From: Nitrospirota bacterium
Lineage (GTDB): Bacteria; Nitrospirota; Thermodesulfovibrionia; Thermodesulfovibrionales; Dissulfurispiraceae
Length of the DNA stretch: 64,000 nucleotides
Direction: 5' to 3'
Assembly: GCA_963710375.1 (NCBI GenBank)
Contig: CAVPZX010000003.1
Span: 128,001 to 192,000, forward strand
Positions 10,819 to 19,210 of this stretch are shown here, one piece after another (positions within the stretch are counted from its first letter, which is position 1; each line of letters opens with the position of its first letter). The notes beneath the pieces were generated by a model. It was not told the DNA's origin and made no database searches. It saw only the letters and a list, made by a program, of their open reading frames with translations. The position numbers and the translations under genes are program-made.

Positions 10819-11763
10819 TTGAACATGCTGATTTCGTTCCGTTTCGAAACGCTTTATAAATTACTCATTATTTTTTGTCTTATTCTCTCTGCTCTTCCCG
10901 GCTGCAAAAAGAGCGAAGAAGTCACTCCGAAGATGGCATCACCGGGTCCTGAAATCGTTATCGGACTTATTCCGGAACAAAACATCTTCGCACAGATGGA
11001 TAAGTACCAGCTGCTTTCAGACTACCTTTCGGCCAGGATCGGCAGGCCAATTCACTGGCGAGTCGAGCCCCATTACGGCACTATTATTGATGACTTTCGC
11101 TCTTCTAAACTTGACGGGGCTTTTTTTGGGAGTTTCAGTTATGTGCTTGTTCACGCAAGAACTGGCGCTGAGGTCATGGTGCGCGCCGAGGACCTTAACG
11201 GTGTGTTGACGTACAGGGGTCTTATTTTTGTGAGAAGGGACAGCAGAATTAAATCGGTAAAAGACATGAAAGGGAAACGCTTTGCTTTTGTTGACAAGGC
11301 GACGACAGCAGGTTACCTGTTACCACTGGCATATTTCAAGAAAATGGGTATTGACAACTACGCCGCTTACCTGAGAGAGGTTTACTTCACCGGAACTCAT
11401 ACGGACGCGATTTACGATGTGTTGAACCGGAAGGCGGATATCGGAGCTGCAAAAAACACTGTTTTAGAGAAAGTTGAAGCCGCTGACAGCCGCATAAAGA
11501 AAGAACTGATTGTTCTTGAAAAGTCTCCCGAGGTGCCTGAAAATGGCCTTGCTGTCAGAAAAGACCTTGATCCCGCACTTAAGAAAAAACTGAAGGATGT
11601 CCTGCTCGATATGTACCAGGATCCGGATGGACAGAACGTCCTGGAGCAGTTCGGGGCGAGAAGGTTTATCGAGACCACGGATCAGGATTATAAGGCAGTT
11701 TACGAATATACCCGGCAACTCGACATCGACCTCCAAACCTTCGACTACGGGGGCAAGAAATGA
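10819..11763 (+). CDS. PhnD/SsuA-like periplasmic binding lipoprotein
   Basis: Lipobox-like LPGC and DMKGKRFAFVDKATTAGYLLP motif. Overlaps the kinase start (ATGA); no ABC permease is nearby. Confidence 0.85.
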   Translation: MNMLISFRFETLYKLLIIFCLILSALPGCKKSEEVTPKMASPGPEIVIGLIPEQNIFAQMDKYQLLSDYLSARIGRPIHWRVEPHYGTIIDDFRSSKLDGAFFGSFSYVLVHARTGAEVMVRAEDLNGVLTYRGLIFVRRDSRIKSVKDMKGKRFAFVDKATTAGYLLPLAYFKKMGIDNYAAYLREVYFTGTHTDAIYDVLNRKADIGAAKNTVLEKVEAADSRIKKELIVLEKSPEVPENGLAVRKDLDPALKKKLKDVLLDMYQDPDGQNVLEQFGARRFIETTDQDYKAVYEYTRQLDIDLQTFDYGGKK

Positions 11764-13964
11764 AGAGACAAATTGTCATTGGACTGACTGCCTTTGCCAT
11801 GCTCTTTTTCCTCGGCGGCATTTACATTGTTTTTTCGGTCAACAAGGCGACAACTATGCTCGACCGTCTGATCTTGCTTCACCAGGTCGAGATCCTGAGA
11901 GAGCACCTGATGATAGAAATCAAGAAAGTGCAGGCTGATGTCAACTTGAAAAATACCCGTTATGCCAGGACCGTTGATACATTTGTAAAAGATGTGCAGC
12001 AGATGGATCAGGTTTCCCAGGAATGTTTTTCCTGCCATCACACGGAAGCTGTCGCCATGAGGCTCCAGGACATGGAACGGCAGGTCGGATTGTATAAAAA
12101 TGCCCTGAGCAGGGTGCTGACAATGCGCGCAAACGACGTCAGGCTGGACGAGGAGGACGATAACACTTACAGAGTAGGCGAAGAATTGGTCGGTAAGGTC
12201 AACACTATGATTGCCCTGGCCACCAGCGATCTTGATAAGGAGACGCGGATCTCACTCAGAAACATCCAAAACACGAAGAATGTGCTTTATGTGCTCGCCA
12301 CACTGAGTCCATTGCTCGGTTTTTGTTTGGCATTCGTCTTTATAAAAGGATTTACCAGACCGATAAAGGCCTTGCTGGATGCGACCAGGAAGCTGAAGGC
12401 CGGAAATCTGGACCATCGGATAGAAACTCTGAAAGACGAGTTTGGAGAGTTGGCCGATTCTTTTAATGAAATGGCCGGCGCACTCACCAGTCATATGAAG
12501 AGAGTGGAAGAGAGCGAGAAACGCTACCGTATGCTCTTTGAGAGCGCCGGTGATGCTATTTTTATAATCGAGGCAGAAGGCGGGAATGCAGGGCGGATAG
12601 CAGCAGCAAACAAGGCTGCGACAGTTATGCATGGGTATACCGTAGAGGAATTGGTAGGTATGAGCATCGGTGATCTTGATAGCCCCGATTCAGCCCTGGA
12701 AGTGCATGACCGTATCGCGAAAATACTCAGGGGAGAATGTCTCAACGAAGAAATAGGTCATGTCAGGAAGGATGGCACTGTCTTCCCTGTTGAAATAAGT
12801 GCGGTCTTGCTGGAGCTTGAAGGGCATAAATATGTCCTCGCTTTTGACCGTGACATCACCCGGCGCAAAGAGGTGGAAAAGGCTTTGCGCCAGTCTGAGG
12901 AAAAGTTTTCGAAGGCATTCCGCGCCAGCCCCGACTGGATTACTATCTCCACTCTTGATGAGGGGCGATACATAGAGGTAAACGACGCTTTCATGAGGAT
13001 CAGCGGCTACAGCAGAGAAGAGGTCATAGGGCGAACTTCGGGTGAGTTGGGCATTTGGGCTTATCCCAAAGAACGGGGGGAAATGTTGCCCGCGTTGAAG
13101 AAGGATGGGGCAGTATGGAACAAGGAAGTCCATTTGCGCACTAAATCAGGCAATGTCCTGACCATGCGGAGGTCCTCGCAGGCAATCGACTACGGCGGGG
13201 TGCGGTGTATTATCTCGGTGACTCACGATATCACAGAGCGAAGGAAGACCGATATGATGTTGCAGCGGGCAGAGCAGATGAAAGCGGTCGCCGAGATTGC
13301 GGTGGGACTTGCCCACGAAATAAAAAATCCCCTTGCGGGCATTAAATCGTCTATGGAGGTGCTGCATTCAGAAGGCGCCTGTTCGGGGGAGGGCAGTGAG
13401 ATACTGTTGAAAGTAATCAGTGAGATTCGCAGGATCGAAATGCTGCTTAAGGACCTGCTCAATTTTGCCCGACCGCCTAAACCGGAGTTAGGCTTGGTCG
13501 ATATCAACCCGTTACTCGATTCCACCCTGGAGTTCTCAGTGAACAAGGTCAGAATGGCGTCCCGACCAGGGATAACCATTGTCAGGGATTACGAAGAGGG
13601 CCTGCCGGCTGTGATTGCAGACGGCATGCAGATCAAGCAAGTGTTTGTTAATCTCTTTCTTAATGCGGTTGAGGCCATGCCGGACGGCGGCACTCTTAAA
13701 ATAAAAACGAGTTATGAGAAGGCGTCTTCGTCAGTCAGAATAGAAGTAGCAGATACCGGCAAGTGCATCGACGATGTTACGATGGACAAGATTTTCCAGC
13801 CCTTTTTCACTACTAAAGCAAAAGGCACCGGCATGGGATTAGCTATCTCGAAACGGCTTATTGAAGACCATGGAGGCACGATAACGCTGGGCAACTTGCC
13901 GGACCGAGGCGCTGTCTTTACCATCAGGATACCTGTCCCGCAGTACAAAGAGGTTAAGGCATGA
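11760..13964 (+). CDS. Sensor histidine kinase with periplasmic c-heme motif, HAMP and two PAS domains
   Basis: CFSCHH between two TM helices; H-box LAHEIKNPL, NLFLNAVEA and FFTTKAKGTGMGL. Confidence 0.92.
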   Translation: MKRQIVIGLTAFAMLFFLGGIYIVFSVNKATTMLDRLILLHQVEILREHLMIEIKKVQADVNLKNTRYARTVDTFVKDVQQMDQVSQECFSCHHTEAVAMRLQDMERQVGLYKNALSRVLTMRANDVRLDEEDDNTYRVGEELVGKVNTMIALATSDLDKETRISLRNIQNTKNVLYVLATLSPLLGFCLAFVFIKGFTRPIKALLDATRKLKAGNLDHRIETLKDEFGELADSFNEMAGALTSHMKRVEESEKRYRMLFESAGDAIFIIEAEGGNAGRIAAANKAATVMHGYTVEELVGMSIGDLDSPDSALEVHDRIAKILRGECLNEEIGHVRKDGTVFPVEISAVLLELEGHKYVLAFDRDITRRKEVEKALRQSEEKFSKAFRASPDWITISTLDEGRYIEVNDAFMRISGYSREEVIGRTSGELGIWAYPKERGEMLPALKKDGAVWNKEVHLRTKSGNVLTMRRSSQAIDYGGVRCIISVTHDITERRKTDMMLQRAEQMKAVAEIAVGLAHEIKNPLAGIKSSMEVLHSEGACSGEGSEILLKVISEIRRIEMLLKDLLNFARPPKPELGLVDINPLLDSTLEFSVNKVRMASRPGITIVRDYEEGLPAVIADGMQIKQVFVNLFLNAVEAMPDGGTLKIKTSYEKASSSVRIEVADTGKCIDDVTMDKIFQPFFTTKAKGTGMGLAISKRLIEDHGGTITLGNLPDRGAVFTIRIPVPQYKEVKA

Positions 13965-15340
13965 AGAGGAAGGGAAAGCTCTTTCTTGTCGATGATGATG
14001 AACTCATTGTCATGATGCTGTCACGGGCGCTGAAGGCAGAAGGATATGAAGTCTATACAGACACGGGTTCCAGGGATGTGGTGGACATAATAAGCTCCCG
14101 GACCCCTGATATTATTATGCTCGATATCGATTTGCCGGGACTGAAAGGAATGGACGTGCTCAAGGAAGTGAAAGCGAAACTATCTGTCGAAGTCGTGATG
14201 CTCACGGCTGACGAAACCGCCGAAACCGCTGTCAAGGCGATGAAGCTGGGCGCTGCCGACTATATGACCAAACCTTTCAGTATGGATGAGGTGAAAATCG
14301 TCATCGGCAACACTATGGATAAAATCAGGCTCAGGCACGAAGTTGATTACCTGAGAAAGTTGAATCATGAACTTTTCGAAAAAGAGATAATCGGCAATTC
14401 GACCGGTATACAGGAATTGAAGGAAAAAGCAGGGAAGCTCATAGCGGCACATGTCGAGACTATTCTGATCACCGGGGAGAGCGGTACAGGCAAGGAACTC
14501 GTTGCCAGGTATATTCATCGCCAAATGCACAGCGATGAAAATTATTCGCCTTTTGTGCGCGTCAATTGCGCGGCTTTGCCTGAAACTCTCCTCGAAAGCG
14601 AACTCTTTGGCAGCGAGAAGGGGGCCTTTACGAATGCTGTAGCCGACAAGAAAGGTCTTTTCGAGACTGCTGATGGAGGATCTATACTGCTGGATGAAAT
14701 AGGAGAGATGAAAACTTCCCTCCAGAGCAAATTGCTGAGAGTCATAGAGGAAAGATCGGTACGCCGCGTCGGCGGCAAGGATGAACTCCCGATCGATGTT
14801 GTCATTATCGCCACGACCAACAGGAACCTTCAGGAAGCTGTTGACCAGGGAGAATTTCGGCTGGACCTTTTTTACAGGTTGAACGCTTTTTCGATGCATT
14901 TGCCCTCTCTGAGAGACAGAAGGGAGGACATTCCCATGCTGGCAAGATACTTTCTCGCCCGTCTTTCCGCTAAGTACAATAAGACAATGATTTCGGGTTT
15001 TTCCCAGGAAGCTGAGAGGCTCATGGTTTCTTACCGGTGGCCCGGGAATGTGCGGGAGCTCAGGAATGTGATAGAACGGATTGTCGTGCTTGAGAGCACC
15101 GATATGATTTTGCCTGTGCATCTGCCAAAGGAGATCATCCAGCAGTCTAGTAGTACGGCGGCGGCCATTTCCGAAGAATTCCTGCTTCCTGATGGAGGCA
15201 TAGAGCTCGAAGAACTGGAGAAGAAGCTTACGATTCAGGCGCTGCAGAGGACCGGCGGGAACAAAACAGCTGCAGCAAAATTGCTGGGCGTCAGTTACGA
15301 CAGTTTTCGGTATCAAATCAAGAAATTCAGCCTTGAATAG
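13961..15340 (+). CDS. Sigma54-dependent response regulator (NtrC family)
   Basis: REC domain, GESGTGKE, ESELFG, GAFTNA variant of GAFTGA, LDEIGE, WPGNVREL and Fis-type HTH. Confidence 0.95.
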   Translation: MKRKGKLFLVDDDELIVMMLSRALKAEGYEVYTDTGSRDVVDIISSRTPDIIMLDIDLPGLKGMDVLKEVKAKLSVEVVMLTADETAETAVKAMKLGAADYMTKPFSMDEVKIVIGNTMDKIRLRHEVDYLRKLNHELFEKEIIGNSTGIQELKEKAGKLIAAHVETILITGESGTGKELVARYIHRQMHSDENYSPFVRVNCAALPETLLESELFGSEKGAFTNAVADKKGLFETADGGSILLDEIGEMKTSLQSKLLRVIEERSVRRVGGKDELPIDVVIIATTNRNLQEAVDQGEFRLDLFYRLNAFSMHLPSLRDRREDIPMLARYFLARLSAKYNKTMISGFSQEAERLMVSYRWPGNVRELRNVIERIVVLESTDMILPVHLPKEIIQQSSSTAAAISEEFLLPDGGIELEELEKKLTIQALQRTGGNKTAAAKLLGVSYDSFRYQIKKFSLE

Positions 15341-15363
15341 GACTTTTGGGGAGTAATAAAACC

Positions 15364-16170
15364 ATGAATGCACTCAAGCGCTTTGTTTGTCCGGTCCTCT
15401 TCATTGTTGCTAGTTTTTTTTTCGTTAAAGATGCCTTGTCAGGTTTTCCAGTTGTGCCACCTCAGGAATACGGTCGTGTCGTCATAAAAAATTATTCGGT
15501 AGCTGCCGGGCTTGCTCCGGTTGTGTTTGATCATTGGCTCCACAGGGCACGTTTCACATGCAGGCTGTGTCACGTCGATATAGGGTTCGCCATGCAGTCA
15601 GGCGGTACCGGCATCAAGGCTGAAACTAACGGGAAAGGGTTTTATTGCGGGTCCTGTCACAATGGCTCGTTTACCTTCGAAGACAAAAAGGTGTTTGCGT
15701 CTTGTTCTACCAAAGCAAGTGACGCTGGAGACCCCCGCTGTGAGAGATGCCATTCGTATGGCAAAAAGGTCAAAAAGGAATACGATTTCTTCACTTTTAC
15801 CAGGGACCTGCCCAGGAAGGGACTCGGCAACGGCATCGATTGGGAAACGGCCGAAGAAAAAGGAATCATAAGACCTGTCGATTTTATTCCGGGAATATCT
15901 GTGAGGAGGAAGCCGCTCAAGCCGCAAGAGGACTTCACTATTAAAGCAAGGGGCAAATGGATAAAAGCCGACATTATATTTTCCCATAAGAAACACGTCA
16001 AATGGAACGGCTGTGAGGTCTGCCACCCGGATATATTCCCGATCACAAAGCAGGGACCACAGAGCTTCAGCATGTTCGATATATCAGGGGGACAATATTG
16101 CGGCCTCTGTCATGGGAATGTGGCATTCCCCATTAATGAATGCCGGCGGTGTCATACTAAACCTGTGTAG
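15364..16170 (+). CDS. Hexaheme cytochrome c with two c7-type triheme domains
   Basis: Signal peptide, 6 CXXCH, VVFDHWLH and IIFSHKKH. Confidence 0.88.
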   Translation: MNALKRFVCPVLFIVASFFFVKDALSGFPVVPPQEYGRVVIKNYSVAAGLAPVVFDHWLHRARFTCRLCHVDIGFAMQSGGTGIKAETNGKGFYCGSCHNGSFTFEDKKVFASCSTKASDAGDPRCERCHSYGKKVKKEYDFFTFTRDLPRKGLGNGIDWETAEEKGIIRPVDFIPGISVRRKPLKPQEDFTIKARGKWIKADIIFSHKKHVKWNGCEVCHPDIFPITKQGPQSFSMFDISGGQYCGLCHGNVAFPINECRRCHTKPV

Positions 16171-16184
16171 TGAGGAGGGTCTGA

Positions 16185-17102
16185 ATGAAAACATTTTTAT
16201 TTATGATTGTGCTTATCGTGGTTTTTACCGGACTGGCATTGGCCGAGACCGGCGTCAAGAAAAGAAGACCTTTGCCTTACGAATATGGGCGAGTGGTCAT
16301 TAATAACTACTCGACCAAGGCTTATCTGGCCCCTGTAGTATTTGATCACTGGCTTCACAGGTCCAATTTCACCTGCAGGCTTTGCCATGTTGACATCGCG
16401 TTTGCGATGAAGGCCGGTGCTACAGGCATCAGGGCGGCAGACAACATGAAGGGCTATTATTGCGGTTCCTGCCATAACGGGAAAATGCAGTGGCAGGACA
16501 GGAAGGTCTTTGAGGCATGTTCAAAGGAATATAGTCATCAAGATATGAGCAGGTGTGAGAGATGCCACTCTTTGGGCAAAGACGTGAAGAAGGAGTACGA
16601 CTTCAGCAAGTTTACCGAGAAGTTTCCTAAGGGACGGTTCGGCAACGGAATCGACTGGGTAAAAGCTGAAGATGAAGGGTTTATAAAACCTATCGGATTT
16701 CTGCCGGGAATATCGGTGAAAAGGCCTCCGCTTAAGGTCCAGAAAGACTTTTCCCTTGAGCCCAAGGTCCAGGGCATGCCTCAGATCATCTTTTCACACA
16801 AGAAACATATTGTCTGGAGCGGCTGTGAATTATGCCATCCGGAGATATTCGCCGGAGTTAAAAAAGGAGCGACGAAATACTCCATGCTGGAGAATTTTGA
16901 GGGTAAATACTGCGGCGCATGCCATGGGCTGGTCGCTTTCCCATTGCTTGATTGTCAGAGATGCCACACAAAACCTGTTGAAGGTACACCGGAAGGACAA
17001 CCTGAACAAAAGGAACCTGTTAAGCAAGGGGCAATCAGACAAATTCAACAGCAGCTATATGCCGGGCCTGCGTTGGCCGATGACAGCGGGGTGAAGCGAT
17101 GA
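16185..17102 (+). CDS. Hexaheme cytochrome c with two c7-type triheme domains (paralogue of the preceding gene)
   Basis: Signal peptide, 6 CXXCH and the same VVFDHWLH/IIFSHKKH motifs. Confidence 0.88.
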   Translation: MKTFLFMIVLIVVFTGLALAETGVKKRRPLPYEYGRVVINNYSTKAYLAPVVFDHWLHRSNFTCRLCHVDIAFAMKAGATGIRAADNMKGYYCGSCHNGKMQWQDRKVFEACSKEYSHQDMSRCERCHSLGKDVKKEYDFSKFTEKFPKGRFGNGIDWVKAEDEGFIKPIGFLPGISVKRPPLKVQKDFSLEPKVQGMPQIIFSHKKHIVWSGCELCHPEIFAGVKKGATKYSMLENFEGKYCGACHGLVAFPLLDCQRCHTKPVEGTPEGQPEQKEPVKQGAIRQIQQQLYAGPALADDSGVKR

Positions 17103-17419
17103 AGACGACCGGCGCAGGAAAAGCAGCCTCGACGATCGGACTCCTATTGCTGGCCATATATCTGATTTCGGCTTTACTATATCCTGGGATTGCCCGCACG
17201 GAAGATTCATGGTTGCAGGAATTTGAGGCAGTCTGCTCACAAACCGGTGACTCCATGGACATGACAAAGGACCAGCTGAACCAGTTGGTGGAGAGGTGTA
17301 ACAGGTTGAAGCCGGATATCGAAAAGCAGGACGAAATTACGAAAAAGGTGTACCTGAAAAGACTGGAGAGCTGTCGGGCGCTTTACGAGTTTATTCTCGA
17401 AACAAAGAATAAGCAATGA
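17099..17419 (+). CDS. Small exported helical protein of unknown function
   Basis: Signal-like N-terminus, three Cys; overlaps the upstream stop (ATGA). Confidence 0.7.
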   Translation: MKTTGAGKAASTIGLLLLAIYLISALLYPGIARTEDSWLQEFEAVCSQTGDSMDMTKDQLNQLVERCNRLKPDIEKQDEITKKVYLKRLESCRALYEFILETKNKQ

Positions 17420-17493
17420 AGATGATGACAACAGCTATTTATCAGGAACACATAACTCTACTTAAACACTGAGAGAGCCGGCGTATCAAAGGG

Positions 17494-18010
17494 TCATACG
17501 AATTCGATTCCAGCCCGGTACATGTTGTTTTCGATAAGGATTGCGTTTCTCACTATACCGGTCTTATAATCGATCCCCTCTTTAACAGCGTCAAATCTGA
17601 TCGTAGAGCCGGGTCTTAAAGGATAACCGGTATAAATGCCCATTCCTGCTTTACTGATATCAACTATGTGCCCGTTCTGATGGAGAGTTTCGACGTTACC
17701 GATGCAGTACACAATCGCTTTGGAATACACTGCTCGCTCAATGCGCCTGCGTTCGTCCGCGGGTGTCTTTCCGTATATGGCGGCATCGGCAGAAGGGGGG
17801 AATGCTGTGCCGCTTTCCACAATTCCGTGTACGATTGCCTTTAGATACATGAGTTCAAAGGGGTCCCTGGGTGAAAAGATAGACATTTTCCTCTATTAGT
17901 TCCTTGAACCTGTCGTCAATGCATGAGACCGACATGGCCATATTTTTGCTTTCAGGCGACAGCCTCCTTAATATTCATCATTACATCAATAAATACCAGC
18001 ATCTTATTCA
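17494..18010 (-). pseudogene. Degraded copy of the REC-PilZ gene (PilZ-like half intact, receiver half deleted/disrupted)
   Basis: 17471-18230 aligns with 18231-19160. The 130-aa ORF matches only the C-terminal part (DIS..GM.I.T.YP...YRAGIEFV). The 5' boundary is approximate. Confidence 0.75.
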
Positions 18011-18023
18011 TCGCATATTTGCT

Positions 18024-18039
18024 TGCAATAACAATACCA
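18024..18039 (-). promoter_or_regulatory. Putative sigma54 -24/-12 promoter (pseudogene copy)
   Basis: Minus strand TGGTATTGTTATTGCA (GG-N10-GC). Confidence 0.55.
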
Positions 18040-18253
18040 TTGCAGGGAGAAATAATAAGTCTTCAACAATGTTGTTTTAAATTAATATGTTACCGAAAAT
18101 CTGATAGCGCACGTAACCATTCCCACATTTGCGCATTCGGTGGAATCGCTAAACAGTAATGGTGTTTTTACCAACACAGTGGATCTGAGGAAGTGATATT
18201 GCGATTAAAATGCTGTAGACACCAACATTAGAGAGAGCCAAGGTGTCAAAGGG

Positions 18254-18940
18254 TCATACGAATTCGATTCCAGCCCGGTACATATTGTTATTGATCAGGA
18301 CCGTGTTTCTTACTATCCCAGTGTTATAATCGATCCCTTCTTTAACCGCGTCAAATCTTACCACAGACCCGGGTTTTACAGGATAATCTGTATGAATGCT
18401 CATTCCCGCATCACTGATATCAACTATATGCCCGTTCTGATTGAGTATTTCGACGTCATCCAGGCAGTTTACCTTATACATGATAGCTTTGGAATACGCT
18501 GTACGCTCAATGCACCTGCAGTTATCCGCGGGCGTCTTTCCGTATGTGGCGGCGTAACCGGCAGAATGAGGGAATGCTGTGCCGCTTTCCACAATTTGGT
18601 GTGCGATTGCCTTTACATGCATGAGTTCAAAGGGTTTTGGGATGAAAAGATAGGCATTTTTCTCTATCAGTTCTTTTAACCTGTCGTCAATGCACGAGGC
18701 CGACATGACGAGTATTTTGCTTTCAGGCGACAGCTCCTTAATCTTCATCATTACATCCACACCATGCATATCGGGAAGACACAGATCGAGAAAAGAGAGG
18801 TTGTAAAAACAGCGGCGGCTCTCTTCTACGGCATCTGAACCGTTGTTGACTGTTTTTACTTCCATCCCATCATTCTGGAGTGTTTTCGCCAGAGAATACA
18901 GGATTAATGGTTCATCATCTGCGATCAGTATTTTTTTCAT
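18254..18940 (-). CDS. Response regulator receiver fused to a PilZ-like domain
   Basis: MKKILIADDE...LDLCLPD...IPKPF receiver; RCIER and DISDAGM resemble the PilZ RxxxR/DxSxxG motifs. Confidence 0.8.
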   Translation of the reverse strand: MKKILIADDEPLILYSLAKTLQNDGMEVKTVNNGSDAVEESRRCFYNLSFLDLCLPDMHGVDVMMKIKELSPESKILVMSASCIDDRLKELIEKNAYLFIPKPFELMHVKAIAHQIVESGTAFPHSAGYAATYGKTPADNCRCIERTAYSKAIMYKVNCLDDVEILNQNGHIVDISDAGMSIHTDYPVKPGSVVRFDAVKEGIDYNTGIVRNTVLINNNMYRAGIEFV

Positions 18941-18954
18941 AGTATTCTTTTCTT

Positions 18955-18970
18955 TGCAATAACGATACCA
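18955..18970 (-). promoter_or_regulatory. Putative sigma54 -24/-12 promoter
   Basis: Minus strand TGGTATCGTTATTGCA (GG-N10-GC), about 100 bp from the shared enhancer-like motif at 19068-19103. Confidence 0.6.
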
Positions 18971-19210
18971 TGGCTGGAAGAAATAATAAGTCATCAACAA
19001 TATTCTTTCAAAATAATAGGTTACTCAAAATCTGATAGAGCACGTATCAATTCACCGTTTGGATATTTGGTTTAATTGCTAAACAGTAGTGGTATTTTTT
19101 CCAACACCGTGGCCCTGAGAAAATGATATCGCGATGAAAATGCTGTAGACACCCAAATTAAATGTTATAGTAATTGACGCGGTTATAGCAGGTTTTTTGG
19201 AATACATTTT

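Noticed and set aside
14180..15373. 397-aa antisense ORF over the sigma54 regulator, and similar shadow ORFs elsewhere
   Set aside because: Opposite strand of well-supported genes, with no recognisable motifs.
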